DNA of 64,000 nt, taken from Entomortierella parvispora E1425. Lineage: Eukaryota > Fungi > Mortierellomycota. The notes beneath the pieces were generated by a model. That model did no database searches. It saw nothing but the letters and a program-made list of their open reading frames with translations, and was not told the DNA's origin. Positions 13,376 through 27,900 of this stretch are shown piece by piece; positions within the stretch are counted from its first letter, which is position 1; every line of letters starts with the position of its first letter. The stretch spans positions 3,348,001 through 3,412,000 of the forward strand of contig BQFW01000002.1 in NCBI GenBank assembly GCA_020891255.1, given 5' to 3'. Both the position numbers and the translations under genes were made by a program.

Positions 13376-15375
13376 CAGTTTCTTTCTTTCAGATTTTTGA
13401 AGTGTTTCTGGTTGTCTATGTCCAGCCCAGCAGTTTTGATGATGATACGGTTGTTTGTTATTTGTTGCTGTGTGTCAAGGGCTATATGATGCAACAAAGA
13501 AGCAGAAAGAGGGTTCGTGAGATTTCTTTGTTTTTCCGACTCCTTTTGCCTTCTCCCAGATTTCACGAGCTCCAAAAATTGTTGGTTGTTGTCGCGATCC
13601 GAATTTGTCCTGTATTCGCATCCTGGGTTCTCAATGCTCCCTTGGTCCCCAAAAGCTGGTGTGGTAAAACCATGAGTTTCTACTATCTGATTGGGCATTC
13701 TAACACCCACACTTTTCTTGTTCTCTTTGTTTTTCTTTGTTTTTCTTTGCCTTTGCGTACCTAGGATGCTCAGAGAATACTGTGGTGGCGAATCCTGGGA
13801 TGAATGCAAAGGATGTGATAGGTGTGCCTGAATTCAGGGACTAGTGCTATTTGTGTTGCCTGGCCCTGGGACGTGATGAATTAACAAAATAAAAAAAATG
13901 CACATGCAAGGGAGCCAATTGCAAGTGAGGAGGTCAAGGATTATATAGAAAGAAGGTCGAGACCAAAAGTGTGCAGGAGCAAATGGAGAAGAGTAAAGAA
14001 GGAAACAAAGAAGAAGAGAGGAGGGAGGCAGAGAGAGAGATGGACTAGGAGGTAGAGAGACAGAAATAATGAGAGTGAGTAGAAGACAAGAGAGGAGCTA
14101 TTTTGTTCTCTGGAAACAAAAAGAGCTACCTACATGATGTAATGTTGACTTTTGTAGTTGCCTCGTTCAACCCAGGCAAATGATCCTTTAGGTCCTCATT
14201 CGCAGCCTTCACTTCTGTCCGTCCATACCGACTGACCAATTAAGACTAAGTGCCATTGAACAAGACCCTCCCTTCTCGCGCGCGTTGTTCTCGTTCGTTC
14301 TTACAGTCCTCGGAAGGAGTCGATCCTTCACATTTCCCTCTCACCCAATATAAGGCCAAACTATATTTTCTCCTGCCTCGCACACTCGGTTTCTACTTCA
14401 CTTTTCTTTTCTTATTGCCATCTCGAAACAACCTGGGTCCGGAGCTTTCTAGAGGGATGAAAGTGTCTCCCTTGGATGGATCATGATCTGCCAAGTGGCC
14501 TGTGACAAGATTCCAATCCAGACTTTTTTTTTTTTTTTGTTACTCCTTTAATTTCCCTGACGCCTGTCCTGCTCTCTGTCTCCTTCTTATAGCCACCACT
14601 TTTTCGATCGGGACAGAAGTTGCCCCTTGGACCTTTCATTTGTGGAGTCAACAATACCAGGAGGAACGAGACTTCTTTCTCCAGGAGGTCGATGCTCAAT
14701 GGTTTGCATCATGTGGCGAGTGCAAACCTGGCAGTTTTCTGATATTTGATTTGATTTGAAGAAAAAGAAATAGATCACTGTCCTGTTCTTTTCCTTCAAC
14801 ACCCTCTGCATCCATGGAGACGGCAGTTCTGCATCCAAATCTGCACCTTGTCTTTTGTTGCCTTTGATGAAGATGGAATAAAAATTGACCGTTGGAAAAC
14901 AATTGGTTGGTGGCGCTCGAGTCTGCTGTTCCTGAAAAAAACCTTAATTTAGTAAGCCTGATGCCGCAACAAGTGTGCGGGGCAGTGGCAGCCCATAATA
15001 GAGTATCTGTTCATGAGTACTCTCTCCACAATGCCTCCTTAACGTTGTCAGAACGGGGCAGTGCTTAATTGTCTTGCACGAGGAACAAGCAACCAGGAAC
15101 AACGATATTCAGGGCATCCCAAGTCTCCTCATCTCATAAAGTTAATTTAGTGACAGGACAAGGACGTCAGGAATGTGTTTTCTGCTGTTGAAGAAGCTCC
15201 AACCAAGAAGGTGATTTTATTATTGGCTGCTGCAACAGAGTGCGCTTTTAAAATGAAGGGTGAAAGAAGATCCAGCTCCTAACTCCACTTTCAATTCATC
15301 CAAGGCAAAACAGAAAAAGGAAAAAAAGGAAAAAAATGGACAGGTTTGCCCGACTCTTTTTTTTTGTCACTTTCT

Positions 15376-16122
15376 TTAGTTGTTCTTGGGTGCGGGGGAC
15401 TTGGGCCACTTCAAGGCGCTGCCGCTGGAGGGGCAGCGGACAAACTCGTAGACGTGGTTAACCACACCCTGAGAAAGGGGAGCCAAGCACTGGAAGGCGG
15501 AGGCGGTCAAATCGATCTGGTTGGGGGCACAGCCAGCGCAGTCATCGATGATACGAACAATAACGGAGCGTTTACCAACGGTGATCTTGGCACACTCGAA
15601 GCAGGCAGCGTTCACACCATCCTTGTAGAACTTCATGGGCACGGCACCAATGTGCCAGCCGTCTTGAGCATTGACGTTGGAGTTGTTCTCCAAATCACCA
15701 TAGCAAGCGGCCTATTCGATTGTTCAATAAACGGAAAGAGGGGATGTCAATAAAACGTAGCAAACTCTGGAATGGAAAATATCTCGGAAAGATAAATTGA
15801 AGCAGGGAACGAGCAACTGTTTTGTTTGTTGAACGCAGCGGCTGTGCAGAAAGGATATCTTCCGGTTTCAAAAGCCGCACGTCCTAGCGTCGCTTGAACA
15901 ATTCTCCTTCTTCGCGAAAGAATCAGTGTGGAATCATCAAGTTCATGTACTTACGCCCTTCAAATCGGATCCGTTGAACCAGGTGCTGACACCCTTGATC
16001 TTGTGTCCCCACTTGATAGTGTTGGTAGCACCGTGTGTGCCTTGGTAGTCACTAGCCTCAACAACGGAGACAACGGCGACGATCATGGCCATGAGGAGGA
16101 CGGAAAGCTGAGAGAACTTCAT
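15376..16122 (-). CDS. Secreted RlpA-like double-psi beta-barrel (expansin/loosenin-like) protein, 2 exons
   Basis: Signal peptide MKFSQLSVLLMAMIVAVVSVVEA. TWFNGSDLKG|AACYG joined over a GTAAGT...TAG intron. VRIIDDCAGCAPNQIDLTASAFQCLA DPBB motif. Confidence 0.85.
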
Positions 16123-17377
16123 TTTGAGAGGAGTTTTGGGTAGAGGAGGTTAGGGAGGGAGGGGATTGGTATGTGTTGAAGGAAAGAGGGAGAGGGGTTG
16201 CAAGGAATTGCAGTGGAAGGGGTGTTGTGGGTGGGTGGGGAAGGCCGTTAACGTGAAGAGCGATAAAGAAAAAAGAGAGGGAACTGGCTGGAGCCGAGGG
16301 TATTTATTGCTCAGGAACGTACCCTAGCCCCTGCACTGCCTTCCTCGGTCCCTCTACCGGACCTGCATCAACAGAGCAATTTATGTAAACCAACAGGAGA
16401 CGCGTGTGGGGACTGCTTCAACGGTCCATTTGCCGGATAAAAAGGTCCAAAAAACCAGCAGGTTGGTGGTAAGTTTTAGGATTAATGCTAGTCCTTCCAG
16501 ACAAGTACTGTACTTTCTCCTCATTTATCTTTGTGTGGTGCTTGAGAGCAATATTTTCGATTCCATTCCTTCCTTTGGTAAAGCTGAGGTCGAGTGGATT
16601 TGATGAAATGTCTGTTCTAGAATTGAAGTAGGCTACTTTGTATGCGTCCAAGTGTCCAACCGCACAACCTGTGACAAGAACAGGAACCCCTGTCCTTGTG
16701 CTTGTCGTGGCATGTGGACTTTTCGATGAAGGTTGGGCTTTTCTTTTTTTTTCTGCTGTGGGCCGTGGACAAGGAATTAACCACACCGGACACTCGACAC
16801 CTGAAAGATAGTTCTTTTGGTGTACTGTACCGTACATACATTGCACTTTTCTTGCCCTGAGGGCTGCACCCCCCATGTTGTCAGGACGCGGGCCAGACCT
16901 TTTGGGAGCCCGTTTGTCATTACAGCGGAATGCAAGTTGGGCAGGGGCACTGACGCTGGAAAAACTCTGGCGGAGAGTTTTTTCAATTTAGGCGCGAAAA
17001 GAGGGCTGGAGCTGAACGCAACCACGTGACCAAATACAGCAAATGCGATGAAATTAATACCACGTCACGACACCCCGTGACAAGGGCAAGACGCATTGCT
17101 GCATGCATTTCTGCATTTCTCGACCTTCCATCTCCCTCCACACGCTTGCAATCAACAACACTCCCTCAACCACACCGACCCGTTCACACCAACCAGTCAC
17201 CAAACAGCTCGCTTTATCGAGAATCCTTTCGTCCCCAAATCTCGGATACCTTCCACCTCTCCACCAATACCTTCTCCACCACCACTATCCTCGTTTACAC
17301 CAGTATAGGCTGCGCCTGCATTGAAAATCTGCTGCTGTTGTGTAAAGTCGAACCGTCTTCTCATTAGCCATTTGATT

Positions 17378-20364
17378 ATGTCTCCTTCCCCTATGCAGAA
17401 TGACCTCTTGGAGGCTGAGGAAGGCGAGATCGTCGAGTTGGACACTGCCGACCACCCCTTGAATGGAACTGCTGCAGCTGCGACAGCAAGCCCTGCCAGG
17501 ACAATGGACCGCGCTGATGCATCTGCGAATGGGACCAAGAAGCGAGCAGGGGGCGCTGAGGATGGTCGAAACGAGCAGGAGCATCAGGTTAAGAATAGCA
17601 TTCGTGAACTTGCTTCGTCTTCGTCGTTGCATACCTCCAACTCACCCTCAAAAATCCGGAAACTGGATCATGCAGACGTCCCTTCCTCTTCTCGCTCCAG
17701 TCCTTCTGAAAGTTTAAGTGCTATCCACATTGGGGATGTCACTGGCTCTCCTCGCCCTGACAAGGATGTTGAAATGCCGCCAGCGAGCCCTGCCAGATCT
17801 ACTGCCTCTTCAGACCATCGTAGCACCAATAGCGCCTCTCGCCGGGATGAAAGACGCTCTCAAAGCAGAGATATAGATGATTCCTTTCGCCGCAGAGACT
17901 CTCCAGGAAGATATGACAGTCGCTCCAGCTACCATGGAAGCAGTCGCTCCAGAAGAAGTCCGAGTCCTCGATCGTCATCTTCTCGCAGGTATGTTTTATT
18001 GTTGCATTGGAGGCAACCTCGTTATGTTTCACTGCTAAAGCGAGCGAGCACCATACTTACATTTATTATGTATTCTTCTATAGGGATGACAGGAGGCGCT
18101 CAAGGGAACGCTCAAGAGACCGGAACTATTCTGACAGGAGTGATTATGATCGAGAGAGATCTTCACGATCGTCCAGGGACAAGGATTACAAGTCATCACA
18201 CCCAATCATGACCTCTGGAAGACACTATAACGACAGATCTGACAAGAGCTTTGAACAGGAATTAGAGAGATATTCTCGCGAGCGAACCCATCGCAGAGAA
18301 GATAGCTACAGCAAACGCGATAGTTTAGCAGAGCAAAAGTCCAAGGAGATTCAGGATGTTCCAGAGCAAAAATCGACAAAATCTACAAGGTACCTAGTTT
18401 TCTGTCAAATGACCCTGGTATTTATATAATCACTTTGGAATGTATATTAACCTTGTCACTTTTTTGTTATAAATAGTTCCCATTCTCGCACCGAGTCGAC
18501 CAGCAGAACTGCGGACAGCAAAGCTCCTGTTCGTATGAACTCGCCGGCACCGGTTGCACCAAGAAATGACAGAGCCACCGCCAGCACCACTGTACCGGAA
18601 GCAAAGGCAGTGGCACCAAAAGCTCAAGAACCAGACGTCGATATACCAATCCTTATTGAAGAAGAAAAGGACGAGGCTACATTGTTGGAGGAGCGAAGAA
18701 GGAAACGACAGCAGCTACTGGATCGCTTGAAAAAGACAACCAATCCATCTACACCTACATCATCTACGCCCTCGACGCCAGCGGCTACAACCCCCCTGCC
18801 ATCAACACCTCAAGAGCAAAGCTCGTCCTCGACAGCAGGAGCAAAACCCACTGTTGATCTCCTTGTGACTCAAGATATGACACCCGATTCATCAGAGGAG
18901 AGTCAGCCGGGAACACCCTCCAGCGCCATGATGGAAGATAGACCTCTTCATCGCTCGTTGATGTCAACCGGCAAATCTGCCAGCGACATGGCTCTCCTAA
19001 AACTCAAAGACAGGAGTGAGCACGTTATCAATGGCACCGATACAGAGCAGGATATGTCTGCCGCTGACTATCAGGAGGCTGCCCCATCGTTGCCTGCAGA
19101 TATCAAAAAGCCTACGAGTGACCCTGAAGAGATTGACATGTTTGGGGACCTGGACGACGATATGTTCAACCTGGGGCCAGAGGCCATCGCACCCAAGAAA
19201 GTGGCTGCTGCTGCTCCAACCGGTGACTACAATCCTATGCTCGTTGACAACTGGGATGATTCTGAAGGCTACTACCGTACGTATCCTGTCTGTACATATG
19301 AAGTCCAGTTTTTTTTTGTGTTTATGAACTATTTTCTTACTTTACCTGTCATTTGTGATTGAATAGGCTTTGGACCAGGAGAACTGCTGGATGGACGATA
19401 CTTGGTGACGAGTATTTTGGGCAAGGGAGTGTTCTCGTCTGTCGTGAAGGCGGTCGACCAGACCGGTGGTTCTGAGGTCGCCATCAAGATTTTGAGAAAT
19501 AACGAGACCATGTACAAGGCTGGAAAGAAGGAGCTGGATATTTTGCAACGTCTCATGGACAACGACCCTCATAACCGGAAGCACATCATCCGGCTCTTGC
19601 GGCACTTTGATCACCGTGGACATTTGTGCCTAGTATTCGAGTCGTTGGCAATGAACTTGCGCGAGGTCCTCAAAAAGTTTGGCAAGAACGTCGGTCTGAG
19701 CATCAGTGCCGTAAGAATCTATGCCCAGCAGCTTTTCTTGGCGTTATCGCTTTTGAAGAAGTGCGAGATCATGCACGCGGATATCAAACCCGACAACATT
19801 TTGGTGAATGAGTCTAAGAACGTTCTCAAGCTGTGTGATCTTGGATCTGCCTCAAACACATCCGAGAACGAGATCACTCCTTACTTGGTTAGTCGTTTCT
19901 ACCGCGCGCCTGAAATTATTCTCGGCATGCCTTACGACACGGCGCTGGACATGTGGTCGATCGGCTGTTCGCTCTACGAAATCTTCACTGGAAAATTTTT
20001 ATTTTCGGGCAAGACCAACAATCAGATGCTGAAGATGATGATGGACCTGAAGGGACCGTTTTCGAAAAAGATGATTCGGAAGGGTGAGTTCTATCTGAAC
20101 CACTTTGATGAGGACTGCAACTTCCTGTCGGTGGAGATCGAGAAGGTAACAAAGAAGGATGTAATCCGCAAAATCCAGATTTCCAAACCGACCAAGGACC
20201 TCAAGTCTAGATTGATGCCATACACCGCTGACATGGCGCCAGCGGATGTGATCCAGGTGAACCACTTTATCAATTTGCTGGATCGCTGTCTACACCTGAA
20301 CCCAGAGCATCGTATCACGCCACTGGAGGCCTTGGCCCACCCGTTCATCAAACAATCCAAGTAG
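17378..20364 (+). CDS. PRP4: PRP4-family serine/threonine kinase (pre-mRNA splicing), 4 exons
   Basis: RS-rich N-terminus, LVDNWDDSEGYY, kinase domain LGKGVFSSVV, HADIKPDNIL, LCDLGSA, EITPYLVSRFYRAPEIILG. The ATG at 17378 is inferred. Confidence 0.92.
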
Positions 20365-21009
20365 AGAGACCAATAAAGCCCGACAATTTTTACTCGAAGA
20401 GACATATCACTTGAGAACCACGATGATGCTTCGCTTCTTTAGAAACCAACCTGTCACCCAGGCCTTCCAGACGTATTAATGTCGTGGACTTCTAACAAAA
20501 GAGTGGTGCTGGATCGATGATCCTGACTGGTTTTGTCTGGCCAAATCCACAGCATCCAAAGGCCGGGATGAAGTCTTCGCGGGTCCCGGACCATGCACCC
20601 TTACAGTAGAGAACGGGGAATGTGGCAGTTGTTTTCTGACTTTCTGTGTTACCATAGCTGGGCCGAAGGACATGTGGACCTCAACAGTTCTCGGCGTCTT
20701 TTTCGTCTATCTTCTTGGCCAGGTTGGACTGGGCACTGCCCCCTTCCCACTGTCGCTTAACAAATCGCACATCATTCGTTCTCCAAGACGGCCGATACCC
20801 CTGGAGCAGTTTGACATGTATGACATGGCTAACCACAATGGCGTTGGCAAGCCATGCCGAACTGTAAACAGACCATGGCGAAGTTTTGTTTTATTTTGTG
20901 TTCACAACCCTCCCTCGCCCTCAGATGTTGTGTGGTCTGAAGAAGAAGTTGACCTCTTGTCTCCACTTCTGCCCAACAATTCACCTCACTCCTTTTCCAC
21001 TTGTTAGGC

Positions 21010-22810
21010 ATGGCGACAACAATCCAGGCAGCCAACACTGCTTCGTCCGAGACCTACACCTCCGTAGTCACCAACATCACCATCCCTTCCATATACAATA
21101 CGTGCCAGGACAAGACCAGCAAAGATTTTCTTACAACGGAGTCACTGTCCACTCTGAGGTTTAATTACAAGAACCACTATCGCACAGAGCAGATTGTTGA
21201 CCTAGCCAACGAATGCCCCATCAACCTGTCATGGCTTCTGGAACCGACGGATGCTTATACAGGAGGAACGCTCAAGAATGAGTACAACTCTCCAGTGGAG
21301 TAACACAAGGCTATCACCGATGCCGTTGTCGCCTATCTTGTCGCTCAGTCAAAGTACAACGGCACCCGAGCTCGATCCAACGTTGACGCCGAGAAGATCT
21401 CACACGTGGTGTATAATGCTACAAAGGCTGTCAGTCAGCGAATCTTCAACTACGACATCATATCCGAGCCCGAGTCCCCCTCAAGTTCTGTATCAAGTCT
21501 CGAGTCTAAAGACGACCAGTCAGGAGGGATTCATCGAGAGCAAGGACACCAGTCAGTTGATTCGTAACAAAATCAAGACAAAGTCCGCGTCCTTGGCTCC
21601 TCATGTGTTCGAGTACTTTGCCTATTTGCCGTTCGTGGCAACGTCGCATGTTCTCGGGGATATCGCTTCAACGTCTCCATATTGGTGGTACGCCATCCAG
21701 GTCGCCACTTTGGTCCTGATCACAGATGCAATTACAGAGCACAATCTCGTGGGAAGATCCGTGCCCTATGGTGCAATTGCTCAGGCCGTACTCGCCGACG
21801 CCTTGTTTGAGCTCAAGGGATTCGAGGATGTCTTTCAAGCGATCACGAGCTTTGCGTTGACGACCATGCAAAGCATTCCCAGTGTCATCGACAACAAGTT
21901 CTGGAGATACGAGAGCGACCTGGAGCATTCGATCGACCAAATTCTGGGCAGTGAACAGAATGCGGCCATGTGTCTCTTGCGTGGAATCTTCCTCAAGTTC
22001 CCTGATCCTTTCACGCTGACTGTCGTGACCTGTCCACAGATTGTCGAGACGAGTTGACGCCTGTACCGATACCTTCGTGAGAGTAAACGGGTCATCAGTC
22101 GAATTCATGATGACGCGATCGTCGTCTGCTCCTGTGAGACGACACTATGTTACCGACCCCCCCTAGACGACAAAACAAAAGAGAGCTGCTATTCCATCAC
22201 TGATCAGGGTCTGCCGTGTACTCGTTATCTTGAGGTCTACACCGTTTGCCTGATCTGGTTTGTTTCTGTCTTGGCGACCTTGCTTGGACTCGCATTCAAC
22301 CCCGATGTGGTTAATGATTACCATTTAGATCCAGCCGGCACTGCGGCGTTGGTTGTCCTTTACACGGTAATGGTGGTCTCTGGATACAAGATGCTGCGAA
22401 CAGACATGTGGAGTTGGTACGATTTTGTCCGAGGTCGATACTACTCTAAATCATTTAAGGATGCTGCTCGTCCGATTGACGTCCCCACCGTCGTTCGAGT
22501 GATCAATGATGACCATCGCCACTATGCGCCTTTGACGCAGAGAATCGGGAACAGCTTTCTGTTGGAGGAGCGCACCGGTACCCTGGAGTTTAACATTGGC
22601 ATCACTATGGAGGACCTGCGCAAGGCTGGAATGATGATCTATACGGATGGAAGCTCAACGTTCATCTTTGATCCCTTCAGGAGAGACCATGACGAATTGA
22701 AACTTTATAAGATCTTGACGATATCGGAAGGTGTCTATCATATCGATGATCGCCCGGTGCGGAAAGTGAAGCCCATCCGACAGTGCTTTTTCCAAGGCAG
22801 GATTGAGTGA
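21010..22810 (+). pseudogene. Disrupted gene for an unidentified protein with C-terminal transmembrane helices
   Basis: Protein-like coding continues across TAA at 21301-21303, a frame switch near 21520 and TGA at 22055-22057. The frames of the 21251 and 22271 ORFs are identical and stop-free between 22058 and 22270. No splice signals remove the lesions. Confidence 0.6.
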
Positions 22811-24993
22811 TATACCCGGCCACCTTTGTTTTTTTTTTTTTTACCAACTATTGGAATAGAGATTTCTGGTCATTAATTGTTGGCAGAGAGGCCTTGGCCT
22901 TGCATGGTTATCAGACGAGTAGACGCGAAGAAATTCTATAAAGCGTACTCCAAGAGAGTACAGTGAGTGAGGTCTTTCATTCATCATAGTGATGCTCCGA
23001 CACGGTCCAAAGAAATTGAACTAGACTTGTTCTTACTATAGCTCCTGAAGCAGAATCTGGGTAATGGGGGTTGGGGGCTGGAGCAAAAGCCCATTGTGAG
23101 AGGTGAGAGAGAATATGTGTGGCGTCCGCAGGTCTCGCCGAACAATTGCTTGCCCGCCCGGCTTTATCAGATCCCAGCCACCTGAGTGAAGACTGTGACC
23201 TCATCCGCCAATCATTTCCCTGGTCAATGCTGGACGTGCTATCTTATCATCCAAGTTCGATACTCCGTGGTAGTTCATAGTGCGGAGAAGAATAAGAGAT
23301 AGAAAAGACAGAGCGTTAGTGGACGCCCGCTCGAGGTCTTACCGCTCGTGACCTGAATCTGTGGACCTTCTTTACTCTTTCTTTTTCGTTCTGGACGACA
23401 GGAACGAGCCTACCTCTGGGCTGAAGGGGACGGAGATGATTGATCGTCTACTATTTTAGGGGGTCAACTCTCTCATTCCATGTTTATTTGTTTTTTTTTT
23501 TATCTTTTTGGTTTTGTTGTGAATTTGGCGCATGGTTTTGGGTGCCCATCCGTTTCCGAAATCAATCATCACCCACCCAACCCAACCTTTTTTTTTTGCC
23601 ACGCCCTCCACCTTTTTTTTTCGTATCAGTTCGTCCATTGGACGGTGTTTCGGTCTTATCCTTTGTGGGTGTCACTCAGTTCGGCTCGCACAACCTTTCG
23701 TGTTGACTGGCCTTGGTTTGATCGAGTTGTGTCAGTCAATTCGACTCGGACCGAGTTGTCTCGGTGTCAGTTCTGTCCTTGGGGGTGCCTGACCAGGCCC
23801 CAGAAGGGAAACCTCTATGGGTTCCTGAACCTCTGAAATCGTTTATGCTCCGTTGTAATCTACAAGCGTACCCACAATTCAATAGTTTGCAAACGACAAT
23901 CAAGGTTGGTTCCCCACGGACGACCCCCAGCTCAGTGCGCGATTGCCTTCAGGATGGTGAAGTTTGATAAAAGAATCAAAAGGAAGAAGAAAAAAAAACG
24001 ATTAGAAAATTGCCCGCCAGCAGAGGACTTGCAATTAGAATGACAAAAAGTAGACGATGGGCCAAAAAAAAAAAAAAAAAAAAAAGAGACGGATCGTCCG
24101 CGATTGCCGAATTGGCTCGAGAGTAGAGAGAGCAAAGCAGCCGAGAGAAGAAAAGAGAGAGAGAGAGAGAGAGAGAGCAGCAGGGTGACAATCTCTGTGA
24201 GATAAGATAACATCCGAGCGTGAGTGGAGAAGGTGGAGAGAGTGACAGAGAGCGAGAGAAATGAGCACATTCGTCGACCCACAGACGTTTGCGTTTGAAG
24301 CGAAGGGTTGGTTGGCTGATCTGCCTGTTTGCCTCCTCCAGTCATCCACCTCGCATCCGCGCGGCACCGAGCTGGGTTACAAAAAGAGCAACAGAAAACT
24401 CAAGATAAAAAGAAAAAAAGAAACGTTTGGTGAGCCAAAGGAGAGGGGAGGGAGGGTGGTGTGTGCGTGCGTGTTGTCAACAATGCTCGGAGGATGAAAG
24501 CGATAGAGACAGACAGACAGACAGACAGCCAGACCAGACGGACAGAAAACAACATGACGAACAGAGATAAAGACAATTCGTTAGCTGTCTGATCCACCCG
24601 AACAGAGCATTGGGCATCCACACCGTGGTCTTTTCTGCTCCTTGCGGGGATCGTGGGCCGTGGTTTGGGCGTTTGGTCCAATAGGGATCCCCAAAGAGAC
24701 TTCAGAGAATTCTTCGGTTGTCTCTGTTGCGGGTTGGCGGGTCTTCGATATAAACGCTTCCTTTGGGCATGGACTCCTTCTCTTTCTCTTTCTCTTATAA
24801 CCGCCCTTACCCCACTTTTCCCTCTTCTCGTTTTTCTTCTTCACTCTTTGTCCATTCCCGCCCGCCTCCTCCCATTCCTCATTGCAGATACATTCCCCAG
24901 TCTTGCAACTCATTTCATCTCTTTTGGCATTCCTCATTCTCTTCAGTTTCCTTTCCTTCACCTTCATAAACACGTTTATATATCCTCTTCAAT

Positions 24994-27900
24994 ATGACGA
25001 CTGACAAGGCCCAGCCAAGAAACGTCCACAAACCTCTCCTTTTCGAGATTGCTTGGGAAGTTGCCAACAAGGGTAAGTTTTTTTCTTCTTTCTTTTCTGC
25101 GCGCTAGCCATCTTGATCCAAGCTTGCTCCTTGGATCAGGATCGAAAGTAGCTGCAGAGGCCATAGATCAAAAACCCTTTTGGATGCATCACATCGTCAT
25201 CATCGTGACCTAACTCTTAAACCTGGATTTTCACTTTTTCTTTTTCAGTCGGAGGCATCTACACGGTGCTCAAGTCCAAGGCCCCAGTGACTAGTCACGA
25301 ATATGGTGATCGTTATACCATGATTGGACCTTTGTCCTACAAGACGGCTCCTTTGGAGGTCGAGACCTTGGAGCCCGACACCCCCGAGCTTCGTTTGACT
25401 CTCGAGTCCATGAAGGAGCGCGGTGTCAAGTTCTTGTACGGTCGTTGGTTGATCGAGGGTGCACCCAAGGTGTTGCTCTTTGACACAGGCTCGGTCTACC
25501 ACAAGTTGGACGAGTGGAAGGGCGATCTCTGGAATGTGGCTGGAATCCCATCCCCACCAAATGATCATGAGACCAACGAGGCCATTCTCTTTGGATACTT
25601 GGTTGCTTGGTTCCTTGGCGAGGTAAGCATCAAAACAGGCACTCAGTTGTTATTTTATTTGGTTTGTTGATCTGAAAGAGTACAGCTGGGGGTGAAAAAA
25701 AGAGCCAGAAAACCACAAAGGAAGACAGCTAGAGGATGAAGAGGATGTAAGGGAGAAGAACGGGCGGATGTGACGACACGATCCGATCAGGCTCCAAGGA
25801 CCGGGGGTTGCCGATCTGGCTCCGGTGGGGAGGACGACGGTTTCGAAGGGCGTCGGGTTTTATCTGGGTTCAAAAAGAAACCCGTGGCTGACTGGATCTT
25901 TCAATGATTCCATGAAGGAAGGCGACAATCAAAGAAGGGAGGTCGTGAGGAAAGATAGAGAAAAGACCAGTAGAGATAACGGTGGGGGAGGGGGTGGAGG
26001 GGGTGGATGGACAGGGGATGACGGATCCAAGAGCAAGAGCAGGAGAGCACTCGGAGAGAAAAACACTCTTTCCACCCAACAATCGCTCAGAAACGAACCT
26101 TTTGGTGGCGCAAATTTTCTCACCCTTTTCTGTTTCCTCCCTTCTCGCAAAAAAAAATAGTTTGCTTCCCACGAGCGCAAGGCCGCCATCATTGCCCATT
26201 TCCACGAGTGGCTCGTCGGTGTCGGTGTCGCTCTGTGCCGCAAGCGCCACATCGATGTCACCACCATCTTCACCACCCACGCCACCTTGTTGGGACGTTA
26301 CCTCTGTGCCGGCTCCGTCGACTTCTACAACAACTTGCGAAACTTCGATGTCGATCACGAGGCTGGCAAGCGTGGTATCTACCACCGTTACTGCATTGAG
26401 CGTGCCGCCACCCACTGCTGCGATGTCTTCACCACCGTCTCTCACATCACTGCCTATGAGGCCGAGCATCTTTTGAAGCGCAAGCCCGATGGTGTCTTGC
26501 CCAACGGTTTGAACGTTGTCAAGTTTTCTGCCATGCACGAGTTCCAAAACTTGCACGCCGTTTCCAAGGACCGCATTCACGACTTCATCAGAGGACATTT
26601 CTATGGTCATTACGACTTTGATCTCGAGAACACTCTTTACTTCTTCACTGCCGGTCGTTACGAGTACCGTAACAAGGGATTGGATATGTTCATCGAGTCT
26701 CTTCAACGTAAGTTTCATAATTCCGTAGAGGACAAAATACTCTCAGTGGTAATGGTTATTAACAATGCAATCATTTATTGATCTTCCATAGGCTTGAATG
26801 AGAAGCTCAAGGCCTGCGGTTCGCCCATGACTGTTGTCGCCTTCATCATTTCCCCCGCCGAGACCCACTCATTCACTGTCGAGACCTTGAAGGGTCAGGC
26901 TGTTGTCAAGCAGTTGAAGGAGACTGTTACCGACATTGCCAAGCGCATGGAGACCCGTTTGTTTGAGAAGGCTGCCCGTGGAGGAGATGTCAACACCACC
27001 CAGTTCTTGACCAACGAGGATCAGATCTTGCTCAAGCGTCGTACCTTTGCCTTGAAGCGCTCGACTCTCCCTCCCATTGTCACACACAACATGGCTGATG
27101 ACAACAATGATCCCGTTTTGGGCCAGTTGCGTCGTTTGGGTCTCTTCAACCACCCCTCAGACCGCGTCAAGGTCGTTTTCCACCCCGAGTTCTTGAACTC
27201 CAACAACCCTCTGTTCGGATTGGACTATGAAGAGTTTGTCCGTGGTTGCCATTTGGGTGTTTTCCCCTCCTACTACGAGCCTTGGGGTTACACCCCCGCC
27301 GAGTGCACAGTCATGGGTGTGCCCAGTATCACCACCAACTTGTCTGGATTCGGTTGTTTTATGGATGACAACATTGTGGATTCGTCCGAGTACGGCATCT
27401 ACATTGTGGACCGTCGTATGAAGTCTGTCGAGGAGTCGATTCAGCAGCTCTCGGATCAAATGTTGGCCTTCTGCCAAAAGTCCCGTCGCCAACGTATCAA
27501 CCAACGTAACAGAACTGAGCGTCTCTCGGATCTGTTGGACTGGAAGCGCATGGGTTTGGAGTACATCAAGGCTCGTCAGTTGGCCCTCAGGAGAGCATAC
27601 CCCGACTCGTTCGATGATGACTACTTTGGTGCCGAAGATTCTGCTGCCGGTGTCCGCACAAAGGTGCCCCCACCTCGCTCTGCCCCTGGCTCCCCCCGCA
27701 TCCGCACACCTCGTGAGGGATCTGATAACGAGATGACTTTTGCCAACATGTCGATTCACGATCGGGAAAAGTACCTCCAGTACAAGATGCAGGGACATGA
27801 GGACGAGGAGGACTTCCAGATCCGCATTCCTTTCCGTCATCAATCTACCAAGGAGAACCTCTTGGCCGAGGGCGAGTTTGAGGTCACCGAGGACGATATC

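Noticed and set aside
16991-17000. GGCGCGAAAA (E2F/SCB-like site)
   Set aside because: Single occurrence upstream of PRP4 kinase, which is not an expected G1/S target. Chance cannot be excluded.
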